From Paecilomyces variotii (taxonomy: Eukaryota), in assembly GCA_004022145.1 (NCBI GenBank), contig RCNU01000002.1: 64,000 nt of DNA, one strand, 5' to 3'. This document shows, one piece after another, positions 38,444-53,428 of this stretch; within the stretch, counting starts at the first letter, position 1; each line of letters opens with the position of its first letter. The translations under genes and the position numbers were made by a program. Under the pieces are notes generated by a model. It did no database searches. It had not been told where the DNA came from and saw nothing but the letters and a program-made list of their open reading frames with translations.

Positions 38444-40857
38444 TCATTTGAAGAAGTGGTGCTTCTTCTTTTTCTTCTCCTTCTCCTCCTTAGGCGGTTT
38501 CCCTGGTGGTGCACCGGACGATCCGTTCGGCTTGGGATTAATGGACATCGCGGCCATTGCGTCGCCTGGAGGCAGAGGTGGGTTAAGAGCCGGCATTGGC
38601 TTCTTAGCGACAGGTGCTGGTGGCGGCGGCGCGGGCTCTCTCTCGAACAAATGTGCCGGCGCTTGTTTCTTAGGCCGCTCTGCTGGGATATCTAATCGCC
38701 GCTTGTCCACACTGAGCTCTCCCAGCTGCCGCAGGAAGAGGCGCGGAGTCAACATGTGCGAAGTCACAAGGAAAATATCCTTCCCTGACGCCTGGGAAAC
38801 CTCGTAGCATGCTCGAGCTTCGGAATAGGTAGCTCCTCCCGCCATGAACACTATGAGACGTTGCCGGGGCTGGTCATTGGAGGAACGTGTACGTGCCCAA
38901 GTTGGTTTGGCGCTTCTGAGAGAGGATTGGGACAAGGTGTCTACCGTCCCCATTCCATCACCTTCAGCTGGCGGGCGCGTGAAGGGGAAAACGGAACGAT
39001 CTAAGACCCCTCGCAGGTGATCCTCCAGCATCATCTTCACATTGGGCTCGAAACGAGAAAGGTTCACTTCCTCCGACTCAACAGCAGGAGGCTTCCTAAC
39101 AAAGAGAGGTTGAGGCGGAGTCTTTGTATCCTTCAGAGGTTTCTCGACTCGCACTCCCAGCAGTTCGAGGTTTTGTATAACCTCTCCGTCCTGGGGTGGG
39201 AGCTGGGCATGAGCAAGAAGCTTCCTGATATCGCCACCAAGTAGGCCATCTCGGTAGATGAGATAGAGAATTATGAGTCTCAGGCGATCTGGGGGTGTTA
39301 TGGATGGGTCGTCCAGAAGTCGTACTATCTGATCAGCCATATTTCTAGGCTTCTTATAATCTTCGTCCAGGCCAGTAGACAGAGACTATTTGCCGTTAGT
39401 GTATCATAGATGTCATGGACTTCCCGGTTTGCATACCTGTTCCACTGAACTAACTTCGATCAACTTTTGCTCTTGGAAAAACTTCATGCATTCCTGCGCC
39501 ATGTTGAGATGAAGAGTATAGAGATTCTTGCCCTCTTGGAAATCTGATAGACCAACTAACATATCCTTAATCGTGTCGACGCTGACTTTGTTATCACTGC
39601 GAAAGGGACAGTCAGCTATTAGATCAACAGGGGACGTAACTTGAGCCACTCACTCATCGGCAAATTGAGGATTGGCAGCCCTAAACTTCGCAAAATCCTC
39701 GCCCAGTTTACCCAGAACATCTTTCATGTGTTGATGTCTGTAGTCGACCCAAATTCTGTCATTGTCTGTGATTTCCATGTCCTTAACTTCCTCGTTGTGA
39801 CTTCCCTCATTTATAACAGTCTTGTACGTGACTTTGTCGCCGTCTTTGATCGGCAGCAGGTCGTGTACCATTGCCTGATAAGTAAATTCATGGATGAGAG
39901 GAGAGAAAAGGTCCATGGAGCGGTCCACCACGAAGAGGACACCGCGAGGCCTGGGCGACGGGGGAGGAAAATCTCTTTTGGCCTGCGCGAAGTTATCCAG
40001 TTCCTCCTGGATAAACCGAGCAAGATGCGAGCATAAGACACTCGCTTCATGAATAGGCGCCCTAGGCTTATAGTACCGTATCGTCGGGTATTCGCCCAGA
40101 GTAACGCACACTGACACAATCTTTTGAGCCAAGTCCTGCAAATGATCCCGTATCAAGGTATTGCATCCAGGATGAAAGAGCACAGGAAAGCTCCAGGGGT
40201 CTCGCAAGGTCACTACATGCGACTCTCTGGGAAAGAATCCGATGTTGAGCACTCGGAAGTCAGCGATCTGCTCGCGGGCGATCTGCGATCTCTCTATCCT
40301 GTGGCGCTGTTTAGGGTCGAGAACTAAGAAGCGTTTAGAATAACCAAGCCGAGTAATCATGGGGAACAGGATGCTGACTTGATGTCCAGGCCAAGTAGCC
40401 TTTCCTATATCGTTTCCGCTCGAAATCGGCCATGAGGCAATCGACAATATGCGGCTGCGGGGTCAGAATATAGAGCGCATCCATGTCAGGGTTCGCCGGC
40501 CGTTTGTGTTCGATCTGCTCGATGTCTTCTCGGTATTAGAGAGATCCTCCAGTCTCCAGTATGTAAGCTTACTTGTCACATTGAGGTTGAGAATATCTTC
40601 GTCCTTCGTTACATTGTCGATCAGTTTCTTGCTGTCCTCATCTACCACCAAGACTTTCCACTGCGTTCGTGTCAGAATCAGGCCGAACTATTGTAAAGAG
40701 GACGATGTGGGAACTCACTTCTTCCCCTCCAGCATAGCGGACCGTATTCAGGAGAACTATTGAAGTCCATATTAGCATATCTCCCAGTCCAGGAATGTCC
40801 AAACTCGGGCACCTGTTACCTACTATCGCGCTGGATGTTGATTATGGAGGAACCCAT
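38444..40857 (-). CDS. SEC1: Sec1/Munc18 family exocytic SNARE regulator; multi-exon
   Basis: Starts MGSSIINIQRD. Contains WKVLVVDEDSKKLIDN, VSVCVTLGEYPTIRYY, VVDRSMDLFSPLIHEFTYQAMVHDLL, WVDYRHQHMKD, LSRFEP, RLIVFMAGGATYSEARACYE. Confidence 0.94.
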
Positions 40858-41261
40858 TGTTGCCTGCGGGACACCCACAGCATGGGACCCCGCACCGTCT
40901 GTTCCGTCTGTTTCGTAGACCTGAGGATTTGAGTGTACAGTTCGAAAGACGAAAGATGCTTAGTAGGAGAGAGAATGAATCTGCAAGAAGAGCTGGAGTG
41001 TTGCAGCCAACAACTCCTGGCGCGTGTTCCCCACTCCGGAACCCAAGAGGAACTCCGAGTCCTCCAAAGCGCCACCGCCTGCGGGATGGATCGACGCTGG
41101 TTTTGATAACGCTTTTGTCCAGCTACAAAACACTTTACCATCACCCCAAAGACCTCATGCGGACAACCCCCGTCAGAGCGGACAGCTGACGAGGTCGCTG
41201 TCAGTTGAATTTTTGTTTCCCGTGCCTTGTCTGGTACCTGTCAGCTTTGCAGTGTCTGGCA

Positions 41262-43667
41262 ATGCAGCTATGGACAAGCTCGGGCAGAGGCACCCATTGC
41301 CTCTTTTGCTTCTTTCGAGTTCGATCTGTGTTTCCTCAAACTGAGCGATCATTTTCGACAACTTCTGTCCTTGCTAGAGCTGGAAAGTCTTCGACTTCTG
41401 ATAGTAGCCGTCGCGCGTTGAAAACTACATCAAAGGTGCGGCCACTGGCTTGCGGTTCCCCTACATTCAACTAATTGAAACAACAGAGCTCGAAGAAACC
41501 GCCAACTCATCTCACTCAGTCATTCCGTCACATTTTAGCGGGTGAAGATTTCCCAGCCGTCGTCGCATCGGTATTGCACGATTCGAAGGAGAAATTACAT
41601 CCATCCGATCCGGCGCTCAAAGGCTGGGGCAGGATCCAGCGGTTCGTTCTAAATGCATCCAAGCTAGAGAACCGGGGGAACAACAGCTCAGGATGGAGTC
41701 CTTTGCGACAGCTAAACTTGTCGCTGAGACAGGCCTATCTTCGACGGGGCATTCCAGGTCTGAGAAAGGAACTCGACCATTTCATACGATCGGACGCCAT
41801 CACGAATCAATACTCTACCCCGAATCTCGCAGATCAGAGGAAGGTTACAGACCTGCGATATCCGGCTGAATGGTATCCCCATGCGCGGTCAATGCAACGG
41901 ACAATCCATCTGCACGTTGGCCCTACCAACTCGGGAAAGACCTATCACGCCTTGAAGCGTCTCGAGTCGTCAAAGCATGGTTTTTATGCTGGTCCGCTGA
42001 GATTGCTAGCCCAAGAGGTCTATCATCGGTTCAATGCTAAGGGTATACCATGTGGTCTTGTTACCGGCGATGACGTCAAATTCCCAAGTGACCAGCAACC
42101 ACGTATCGTGAGCAATACAGTTGAGATGGTTGGCCTTGGAAAGGAGTTCGAGGTTGGAGTTATTGATGAGATCCAAATGATTGCTGATCCGAAACGAGGC
42201 TGGGCTTGGACTCGCGCGGTGCTGGGCGCCCGCGCTACAGAACTTCACCTCTGTGGAGAAACAAGGGCTGTTCCTCTCATTCGGGAACTCGTCGCTCTCA
42301 CCGGAGATACGCTCGAGATCCATCACTATCAGCGACTGAACCCTTTGAAAGTCATGTCCAAGAGTATAAGGGGTGATTTGAAGCAACTTCGAAAAGGCGA
42401 CTGTGTGGTATCTTTCTCGCGTCTCGGTATACATGCTTTGAAAGCGGAGATCGAGAAGGTGACCGGAAGACGAGCGGCTATTGTCTACGGCAGTTTACCG
42501 GCTGAGATTCGAACCCAGCAGGCAAGTCTGTTCAATGACCCTGACAATGACTACGATTATCTCGTTGCCAGTGATGCGATTGGAATGGGTCTCAATCTGT
42601 AAGTTCGAGTTTCCTTTCCGTTTTCTCTACTATATTCTGACTTTGACCGCAGGAGCATCAAGCGCATTATCTTCGAGACATTGGTGAAAAGGATACCCGG
42701 TGGCCTCGTCAGGCTCACCGTTCCTGAGATCAAGCAGATAGCAGGACGTGCAGGACGGTATCGGCCAGCCACAACTTCGCATGCCAAATCAGGTGCCAGC
42801 GAGGAGCCTGACGTTGGGCTCGTTACCTCACTTGAAGAAGTAGATCTGCCGTATATTCAACAGGCCATGAGCATCGAGCCTGCTCCGCTGCGCGCAGCGG
42901 GTATATTTCCCCCGGATTCAGTGCTCCAAAACTTTGCTGCATATTTCCCTCCTGATGTTCCTTTCCAGTACATAATCAAGCGTGTATTGGACCTGGCCCA
43001 AGTACACCCTCTGTTCTTCATGTGTGACCCCGTTTCTCAACTGCAGAACGCAGAGCTCATCGACGCTGTGCCTGGACTTCGGATCGACGATCAACTTGTC
43101 TTCATGGCTGCTCCAATCTATGCTAGGGACCCATCAGCGCAGGCTGTCACTCGTGCCTTTGCCAGGTGTGTGACTGAGAATTCTGGCGGGCGTCTACTTG
43201 ACATCCCAGAATTGAAACTTGAGATATTGGAGCAGCCTGTGTCAGGAAAAAAAGAGTACTTGCACGAGCTCGAAAGCTTGCACAAGTCTATCATTCTTTA
43301 CTCATGGCTGAGTTTCAGATTTGGTGGCATTTTCACGGATAGGACCCTCGCAGCTCATGTGAAGGAACTTGCAGAGGAGAGGATGGTGAGAGCTTTGACA
43401 GAGTTCTCCGCCAACAAAAAGCTCATGAAGGACGCTTCGCTTCGCGCTCAGATTGCGCTGCAAAAGCAAATGCAGGAGCGGGATCGCTTACTTGCTGAGG
43501 CGAACCTCGACGCTACGAATCAGGACACTCTCCCTATCAATCTTTCTGCCGAGGAGACGAGGCTCGAATCTGCGGATCAGGACCTTCTCCCTGTCGAGAG
43601 CTCAACAGAGGACTTGTCAGCAGAGGAGAACAGTCAACCGTCTTCCCCCTACCAGACAGGGGCGTGA
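41262..43667 (+). CDS. SUV3: Mitochondrial ATP-dependent RNA helicase Suv3; 3 exons
   Basis: DLRYPAEWYPHARSMQRTIHLHVGPTNSGKT, YAGPLRLLAQE, VIDEIQMI, RGWAWTRA, LCGE, VYGSLP, VASDAIGMGLNL, QIAGRAGR. The start is inferred at ATG 41262. Confidence 0.94.
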
Positions 43668-44660
43668 GATTGGTATATGTTGAATGCTGTTCGGCGCAGT
43701 AGAAGGTACGCTGCTCTTGTAGCCTTCTATCCAACAGCAAACCCGGGAAAGATCAGTCTCGGAAGGCGGTGTTCCCATCCATTTCGTGTACCACCAAAGA
43801 GACTATAAACTGTGTACAACCTGACTGCTCTTATTGCGCAGATGACCAGTGTTCCGGGATATCAATTTTTTTCTTCGCACTCTTATGTACCATATTGCCA
43901 TATATACTCTCTGTACTTTCGGCGGGTTTCTTACGGACGGTTGTACTTTGACGATGATTACCTAGTCACGATAGGCCAGTGTCTTTATCAATATTATGAT
44001 TTGTACTATCTGACCGTCAGAATCGAGAAATAGTAACCTCTCCAATTCAAACAAAGTAAAAAGATCACTGTGAGCAAATACTGAGTGGAAGTATACCGTA
44101 CAAGGCATATCTAGGTATCTTTTGTCTTTGTCGCAGTACAGGGTCATCGAATACTTCGAATACACGTTTTCAGGAACTAAACAGAAACGTCTAGGATGAT
44201 GATCCGTGATTAATGAAAGCAATGGGACTTGATTTTTTCCAAGTAATACTGAATATCCTGCAGATGTAGTAAGCTGGTCAAAATATATAGATCTCCGTTT
44301 CCCGGCTAAGTATTCACCTACAATATGGCTAAGTTGAGTGTGCTTCTAAAAAGAATATACGGTAACCCTCTCAATATCTACGGTTCAGTTTCATATTGAG
44401 TTCACGTTGAATAACAGGACATCAACTGTTGCTCCCAATAATAATAATAGTCCAGGGCGCAAAATAGTTCATGTGGCGACGAAAGCTGGAAGCTTAACTG
44501 TTTCGGGGTCCGCCACAACGATTTTCCGCCACAGGTTCGGACTCCGCGATCGCGACGGGATATTGAGAAACAAGCGCTTTTTGACGTGAGGGTGTTCTAC
44601 ACTCTTCAACGACTCGAACGTTGCTTCGGTCGGATTTATCGTCGTCCCTAATATCTGGTC

Positions 44661-47600
44661 ATGGATGACCTCCAGTCGTTGGAGCTCTTCTCGCTCATCT
44701 CGCGAGTGACGAATGAGCTCCAAAACCATCTGGGGATCAACGATAAGACACTTGCGGAGTTTGTTGTTGACCAACATCTAAAATGCAATTCATTTGCGGA
44801 ATTCAGATCGTCACTAGAGGCCATGGGCGCCGACTTTCCCCAGAGTCTGATGGAGAGTATCGACCGCCTGGTTCTCACGATGCACCCGAAGTACAAGACG
44901 AAGCAAAACGTGGCGAGCGAACCGACCGGGGATAGTAATAATGATATGGATGCACTGGATGCTATCGAGAAGAAGGCACGCGTTTTCAAGGGTCTAGCGA
45001 TGCCGGATAAAGAGCAGCGGTGGGAAGATGAAGAACAGCCGCGGGACAAAACTGCCGAAGACGACGCAAAAGCGGGCGCTATGGACGACACATTTGCTAT
45101 GCTCGAAGGTCTTGCAGGAAAGGCTCGGGAAGATCGAAATGGCTCAAATGGTGACAGATCTAGCAGAAAGAGGAGCAGAAGTCCGGATTATGGAGAGTAC
45201 AGCAGCGGTCGGAGGCGCAAAGATAGACATCGGTCGCGCTCGCGCTCGATATCGGCAGGTCGCGAACATTACAGCAGACGCGAACGAGATGTGGATGAGT
45301 TTGGGAGATCGGTGAACAAATCTCGCAGCAGGAACGATGAGTACCGCAATGGTCACAGCACGCGCCGAAGAGGACGGGATCGCGACGAAGATGACTACTT
45401 TAAACGACCACCGACGCCGGAGCTCGATGATCAACCGGTATTGTACAAGATATACGACGGTCGTGTGACGGGAGTGAAGGATTTTGGTGCTTTCGTCAAC
45501 TTGCTTGGGGTTCGAGGGAAGGTCGACGGGTTGGTTCATGTTTCTGCCATGCAAGAAGGTGTGCGCGTGAACCATCCGTCCGATTTGGTGTCCCGAGGGC
45601 AACCGGTCAAAGTCAAGGTCATTAACATACAAGGCTCAAGGATTGGGTTGTCGATGAAGGAGGTTGACCAAGTCACCGGTCGTGATCTTGTCCCGCAACG
45701 CCGCATTGCTTCTGGCGCCAATATGGAACGCCTAGATGGCATAAACTCGGATGATAGATATGGCAGTCTGAGCTCTGGCGTGCCCGTCATAGAGGATTCG
45801 GATGGGAAACCGATGAAGAACAGGAAACGTTTGACTTCACCTGAGAGATGGGAGATCAAGCAATTGATCGCATCGGGGGCCGTTTCTGCGGCTGACTATC
45901 CTGACATTGACGAGGAATATCATGCCACACTTACCGGAGAGGGTGATTTTGAAGAAGAGGAGGATATCGATATCGAGGTTCGAGAAGAGGAGCCTCCTTT
46001 CCTGGCTGGTCAAACCAAGCAGTCTTTGGAGCTCTCCCCTATTCGGGTTGTCAAGGCACCTGATGGCTCTCTTAATCGTTCTGCTATGGCTGGCACGAAC
46101 CTGGCCAAAGAAAGAAGAGAACTTAAACAACAGGAAGCACAAGATAAGGCAGCAGAGCGTGCAGCTGAAATTGACCTCAATGCGCAGTGGCAGGATCCCA
46201 TGATTGCGCCGGAACAGAGAAAGTTCGCACAAGATCTCCGCAGTACCCAGCTTGTCAAGCCTGATGATTCGGTACCAGAGTGGAAGAAAGCTACCATGGG
46301 CAAGAATCAGTCATTCGGTAAGAGGACCGATATGACTATCAAGCAACAACGAGAGAGTCTGCCTGTTTTCAAATTTCGAAATCAGTTGCTCGATGCTGTT
46401 CGAGACAACCAATTGTTGATTGTGGTCGGAGACACTGGATCAGGAAAGACTACACAGTTGACGCAGTACTTGGCTGAGGCTGGCTACGGTAACAACGGCA
46501 TAATCGGATGTACTCAACCGCGTCGTGTAGCAGCCATGTCTGTCGCAAAGCGTGTCGCTGAGGAAGTTGGCTGCCGGCTTGGTGCTGAGGTTGGATACAC
46601 TATTCGTTTCGAGGACTGTACTAGTCCAGAGACAAAAATCAAGTATATGACTGATGGTATGCTTCAAAGAGAGATCTTGTTGGATCCTGATCTGAAGAAG
46701 TATTCTGTCATCATGCTTGATGAGGCTCACGAACGTACTATCGCTACGGACGTCCTCTTTGGCTTATTGAAAAAGACAATAAAGCGGAGGCCGGACCTGA
46801 GGTTGATTGTGACCTCTGCCACCCTAGATGCCGACAAATTCTCCGAATACTTTAACAAATGTCCCATCTTTTCTATACCAGGACGGACATACCCCGTTGA
46901 GATCTTATATTCCAAGGAGCCGGAAAGTGATTACCTTGACGCTGCTCTTATCACGGTTATGCAGATCCACCTTACTGAACCTGCTGGTGATATCCTTCTT
47001 TTCTTGACAGGACAAGAAGAGATAGACACTGCCTGTGAGATTCTGTATGAGCGCAAAAAAGCACTAGGACCAAACGTACCGGACCTTGTGATCTTACCCG
47101 TCTACTCGGCTTTGCCTAGTGAGATGCAGAGTAGGATCTTCGAGCCAGCACCGCCCGGAGGCAGAAAGGTCGTCATAGCTACGAATATTGCCGAAACCTC
47201 TATCACAATTGACCAAATCTACTATGTGATAGATCCTGGTTTCGTGAAACAAAACGCCTACGACCCAAAGCTCGGTATGGACTCGCTGGTGGTCACTCCT
47301 ATCTCGCAGGCTCAAGCGAAACAGCGAGCTGGACGAGCAGGGAGAACAGGCCCAGGAAAGTGTTTCCGACTATACACGGAAGCGGCATACCAGTCGGAAA
47401 TGCTACCGACCTCTATACCCGAGATCCAGCGACAGAATTTGTCACATACTATTCTCATGTTGAAAGCCATGGGGATCAACGATCTTCTGCACTTCGACTT
47501 CATGGATCCCCCACCGACAAACACTATGCTTACCGCTCTGGAGGAGCTGTATGCACTCTCTGCTCTTGATGACGAGGGACTGCTAACACGACTGGGACGG

Positions 47601-48412
47601 AAAATGGCCGATTTCCCGATGGAGCCAGCCCTTGCAAAAGTTCTTATTGCCTCTGTCGATATGGGATGTTCTGAGGAGATACTCAGCATTGTCGCCATGC
47701 TGTCTGTGCAATCCGTCTTCTACAGACCTAAAGAAAAGCAACAGCAGGCAGATCAGAAAAAGGCAAAGTTCCATGACCCGCATGGCGACCATCTTACACT
47801 GCTTAATGTCTATAATGCATGGAAGCATTCGGGTTACAGCAATCCGTGGTGTTTTGAGAACTTCATTCAGGCTCGACAGATGCGTCGCGCTCAGGATGTT
47901 CGAAACCAGCTTCTGAATATCATGGAACGCTATCATCATCGGATAGTCTCCTGCGGCAGGAACACCCAGAAGGTCCGACAAGCCTTGTGTACAGGCTTCT
48001 TCCGAAACTCGGCTAGGAAAGACCCTCAGGAAGGATATAAAACTCTCATTGAAGGCACGCCTGTTTATATGCATCCCAGCTCCGCACTGTTTGGGAAACC
48101 GGCGGAGCATGTCATCTTCCACACTCTGGTTCTCACGACAAAAGAATATATGCATTGCACTACCGCTATTGAACCTAAGGTATGTCCTTATTTACACTGT
48201 GGTCGATATAGTCTTGATTGCTAACTTTCTACTAGTGGCTCGTGGAAGCAGCTCCGACGTTCTTCAAGGTCGCTCCGACAGATCGATTATCCAAACGCAA
48301 GAAGGCGGAACGCATTCAGCCGCTGCATAATCGCTTCCAGGGAGAGGACGACTGGCGTCTCTCTGCGCAGCGCCGGCAAGGCAGAGGTGGTGGTGGTGGA
48401 ACTTGGGGATGA
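44661..48412 (+). CDS. PRP22: Pre-mRNA splicing DEAH-box helicase Prp22 (DHX8); intron 48180-48234
   Basis: RS-rich region, S1 domain ([13 protein letters not shown]), [47 protein letters not shown]. The final exon ends [19 protein letters not shown]. Confidence 0.97.
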
Positions 48413-49070
48413 TAGCAGCTATCTTCAAGCTTCTAACGTTTGCAGTTTTCTCTACTCATGGTCGATTCTGGGCGGCGTTCTAGACTTGTTTTATTCTCAG
48501 GAATTTTTGATCCATCTCTCCTGATGCCTCTCTACTACCGTTGTCCCATTGACGTTTGGTGTGTATATATCCCGTGCATGAAAGACTGCAGGAGTTGCGG
48601 CAACAGTTCATGCTATGTCGAATTGTAGACTAAAAATCGTGACGGATCTGGTTGTTCACAGCGATCATCGTAGTATAAATTAAACTACCGAGTAGGTATT
48701 TGGTTGCAGAGGTGGCTGCTATTATTATTACATGGTTTGTTGCCTTTTACGGAAAGCCGAATCAAAATCGCTCACGGATGGCTTAGTCAGAACTCTCCGT
48801 GCACCAAAAACTTCATGATGTCCGAGCTCATTGATCCACGCATTACATCCTGGAGTACATCAACTTTCAAGGCCCCATATACATCAAATAACTATAGTTT
48901 CGCAGGACTGTCATAGTCAGTGGGCGCTGTTCTGATCGGAAAGTTCTGATCGTGGCGCTCGTAAGCCGCCAACCAATCACGAGCGGAGAAAATCTGAGAC
49001 CGGATATTTTCGAGCAACATCAGAAAGCTCGCTCTCTCCGTCAGAAGTAAAACTATAGCCAGCACTCAAC

Positions 49071-52000
49071 ATGGCCATTATTGACTCCCAGTCTCCTCGA
49101 GTTAAGAGGCGGAGGATTGATAATACTGGAGGCTCAGGTCCAGCAGCTGCGAGTAACATCACCGATATCACGTCGCATACGCAAATACGAGATCTGCTGG
49201 TTTTTCAACAGAGCGCCAATACCGAGACCAAGCAAGGTATGTAGAGAGTGTCGAGGCTCACTCGAAAAGGCTGTACTGACAGGAACAGGAATCAATAAGT
49301 TCAAAAATTTTCTCACTTCGATCAGCAACTCAGAGAAAGAAAATGAAAAAGCCAAGAAGCTACGAATCCTCAAGGCTTATTGCGACTCGCAATTTTCCAA
49401 AGTTGGAGATGGCGATGATGCGATTTGCTTCCCAGACATGATACAGACCTGGAGCTTTGCAGAGAGTAATAATCATGAATCCTTACTGACGGTGGTGCCT
49501 TCTGTCCTGGCTCTTTTCATCAAAACAGTCTCCAATCAGCTTGAGTTCCGTGATTTTGGCTTGGCACTTTGCAAATACTTGATGCAAAAGGAGCAGCTGA
49601 GGCTTCTGAATAGGGGTCTCACATCTTCAAAGGCCAAGGAACATCTCATCTCGCCCTGTATCCGTCTGCTCACGGAGATCGTTAGTTTCGATGGTGGAGC
49701 TGTTGCACGACTGGTCTATTCCAAACGTGATATCACGTTCAAGAGAATCGAGATCTTCCTCACCCCGAATAAGGCTCAAATCGAGGACGTCTCAGACGAG
49801 GGCCGTAAATCGACGCTTAGACGCAACGCTCAGCGTTATGTTCTGGCCAACCTTCGATTCCAGCATGTCTCTGCGAAAAGCGACATTATTGAGCAACATA
49901 AAGTCATCAGAGCGTTTTTGGAATTTGTTCGGAAAGATTCTCGTGATGTTGTCATCGATATTATTAGGGCCATCGAGAAAGATATTGTCAATGATTCTTC
50001 TCTTTCCCGAAACTCGAGAAGCAGGTTCTTCAACAAGTGGAACCTAGAGAGGCTTGTGACGCTCTATGGATATGACAGAGAATCTGAGGAGCCCAATCCA
50101 GAGAATATTTCGATCGCAAACGAGATTCATAAGCTTTTGTTGAAGGTTTGCACCACTCCAGAGCTTGGCGTGCTGCTTCCTGAGACCGGCTGGTATCCCC
50201 TTGGAAGCGATCCTGAAACCATTGCAACCGAAGATGATGGCTCGATCGATCTCGGGCTTGACTCTCCTGTGTACGTCGACAAGTACAGAGAGAATATTCC
50301 GATCCGTAACGGAACATTGTCCGCTCTTGTCCAAGTCCTTCGTCCAGAATCGGATACACTCCAAATCGAGCTATTACTGGCAATCTTTAGAGCCGCCCCA
50401 GAGCTTGTCGCAGATTTCTTTACCAAGCGAACCATGTTCACGTCGGACCCGAAACCTACGCCTTCCTGGCTGGGAGAATCGGCATTCCTGTTCTCAACCG
50501 TGCAACTGCCGGTGCCTGCTAATTGCGGATGGAAGGATAAGGTCCCGGCGATGCCTCCACCTGTCTCGGTGGTTATTGAGAACGTTTTGCCGCGACCCTT
50601 GACTCAGAAGATCCTTAGCAGATGCTTAAATCAGAATACCGAGGTCGTCACCCTATTTGCAGTTCGAATCCTGACAGTAGCTTTCCGGAAACTCCAAGCT
50701 GTCCTCAGAGTTTTCAATGGAGATCATGGCATTGGTCAACCATTCTGGAGTCAGGCTTCCTCCAAACTTATTGCCGAATTCTGTCGCCGATGCCCTCCGA
50801 TGAAAGATGCCATCCTTCTCTTCAAGAGAACGGCTAAGGAGGATCTTCAGCAGCAGGATGCTGTTGCAGAACTACTGTCTATGTTCTACGAAGTTATTCC
50901 CACCGTCGCCTTCGAAGAAAATTTCGACGTTTCTCTGGTTATTGTTGATATATTAAAGCAATTGGAAAAAGACGACATGGAAGCAGAGGATCGCGAGCTA
51001 CTCTTGAGTCAACTGCAGAATGTTCTGAATATTGCTCAGCGATCAGCATCGATGCGTTGGTGGCAACAGCCTGGTGAGTTTAGATTGTTGCTATTGTGTG
51101 TATTGACCACAAATTGCTAATTCCACCACAGCCTCACTTCAATATTCCGCTTTTACGTCCATCCTTAAGGTTCTGGTTGAAGCGCGCGGGGAAGAATCTC
51201 TTGGGCAGATTCGCAAACTACTGCAATCCGTCGTCGTGGAACACTCGGTTCTCCACAACCCCGACCATGCGTTCCATGCATTGATGTCCTCACTCGAGAA
51301 CACGAGTGGCGAATCACTTGCTTCGCAGTTGGCATTCCTGGATAACTGCATCTGTCGTCTGGTGAAGAAGCCAGTGCACTATCAGGATCATCTGGACTCC
51401 TTAGTCGAGGAGGAATCTGCCCCTATCAGCCTCTTGCTAGCTGCAATCAATGAACAATGGCCGTTTATAGTAAAAAATGGCAACGTTGCGCAAGAAGAGG
51501 CTGTTGCGACGTGGATTGCTCGCTTTATGAAAGCCCTGAAGCAAGCTGGAGAAGACCCGAAAGCACTCCGAAAGGTGGCGGACAGTCTTGCTGCTCAGAC
51601 CGAACTAAAGAAGAGCAAATCCGCTATCAAGAAAGGTTTAAAGTCGGCAGAGGCCTCGGATGAGCGGGTCGATGGTGACAACGTGTCTGGCACCAGGAAT
51701 ACCCAGAGCGCGTCTAAAGCCACCAAATCCGTGGACCTGGCCGAGGTATTTGGTAGCCTGCCAACAGAGAGCAAGAGTCATAACGTACTTCACAAGTGGG
51801 AGAGGGAAGAACTGGAGCTTGCGGTGGAGCAGGGCCAGGTCGCAGGGCTGATGCTCTGTCTGTGTTCTGAACATGACGAGATCAGGAGACAAGCTGCCGT
51901 TGGTATATCTAGGTTGATGATGAAGCTCAAGGTAAATTTCACGATGCATATAGAGAAAATTCAAAGACTGACTCCGTTCAGGATTCCAAGTACGTGGAAT

Positions 52001-52688
52001 GGCGTCCAGTTTACATTCTGGCAGGCGAACTCCTTGAGACTATGCGGAAACAAGGCTTTGAGAATCCACTCCCCTGGATCGCAGGAGAGTGCGCTGCTAG
52101 TTGCTTGCGAGTCTTGACAGATCCATTGCACAAATTATATGGAAAGGTCAACCTGTTCCTTCAGAAGGCCCCCTCCTGGGAGGTGGTAAAGCTTCCATCC
52201 TACTGGATCGACAAGATCTTGCTGCATGAGCCTGAATACGACGACGGCTACTTCGAGGAGATAGATTGGTTGTTAGACCTGTTTGTAAAGGGTCTTCGTA
52301 CCGAGAATGTGCGTATTTTTCTTTCCTTTTCGCTTATCTCTGTTCTCCAAGGACTGAACTAATGCGACCGCAGGACTTGGAAATCTACCGTCGTGCGAAC
52401 GTCTTTGAGCGTCTTCTTTCTCTCTACAACTCTCCAACGCTTGCAACATCCGCGAAAAGAAAAATACTCCATGTTATCTACCGCGCAACGCAAGTCGGTG
52501 GCAGCACAACCCTAGTCACCAGGGCGGCTACTATCAGCTGGATCCAGAGTCAGATCGCGGGCTTGGACAACAATGACCTTACAATCAAGGCATTGGCGAA
52601 CGCTGTCCATGACACCGCGGACCACGACCGGATCAACAAATGGAGCAGCGCTGCACTGCCACATGTTGTGGAGCATATAGCTGGGTAG
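49071..52688 (+). CDS. URB1: Nucleolar pre-60S assembly factor Urb1/Npa1; multi-exon
   Basis: ORFs 49081-51120, 51236-52117, 51994-52362 and 52266-52688 are joined by GT-AG introns. N-terminal Npa1-type region (QTWSFAESNNHESLL, PCIRLLTEIVSFDGG) and C-terminal NopRA1-type region (LTDPLHKLYGKVNLFL, DLEIYRRANVFERLLSLY, GGSTTLVTR). Confidence 0.88.
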
Positions 52689-53428
52689 ATAGACAGGGCA
52701 ACTTACCGGTAATAATACCTAGTTACATGGCGGAGGGAGAAATCAAGGTGGCGGTTCTTATGCAAGGCAGTGTGCGACTACGCCGAGCGATCCAGCTCGT
52801 TAGCGGTTACCTACCAGTACAATAGGTAACGATAATTCATGGTATAGTCATGATTCTCGATGTGCAAGGAGCTAGCCCTAGAGTATAATGAGTGTAGTTA
52901 AGATCATCTGTGGTTAGTTGTCGAGTGGAGCACAACAGTGAACTGTTCAATAATGAAAGCGTCGGAAAAGCCAAGGTTGCGAGGTTTTCCCCTTTTGGCA
53001 GCCAACGAGCGCCCGATCCTGCGAAGCCTTCTGCTGTCCCTCCACCACCGACCGGAGCTCCAACTAACCAACCTCTCTGACGACTACTGCTTGCTACGAC
53101 CCCATCATCACCGTTCTTACTGAAGAGTTGCCTGTTGAAACTCGCATTCGCCGCCATATCTGCTGGTGGAAAGAATCTGACCGCTCTTTGCTGTTCTGCC
53201 GCCATTGTCATAGGAAGTTCCTCTCTTGAGGGCTGTCTTGCCTGCGGCAAGCGCCAGCTTGCTTCCCTCGCCTCACATCTTTTACCTTTCCATACAACAC
53301 GCCTTCGGACGGACTACGTTTCTCTCACGACTCTATCGCCCTCTATAACGCCGCTTTCTACTTGATGTGTCAATGATAGCCTCCTAGTACCCCGCAAATA
53401 ACCAAGCACACATACCCTATCGTCCCTC

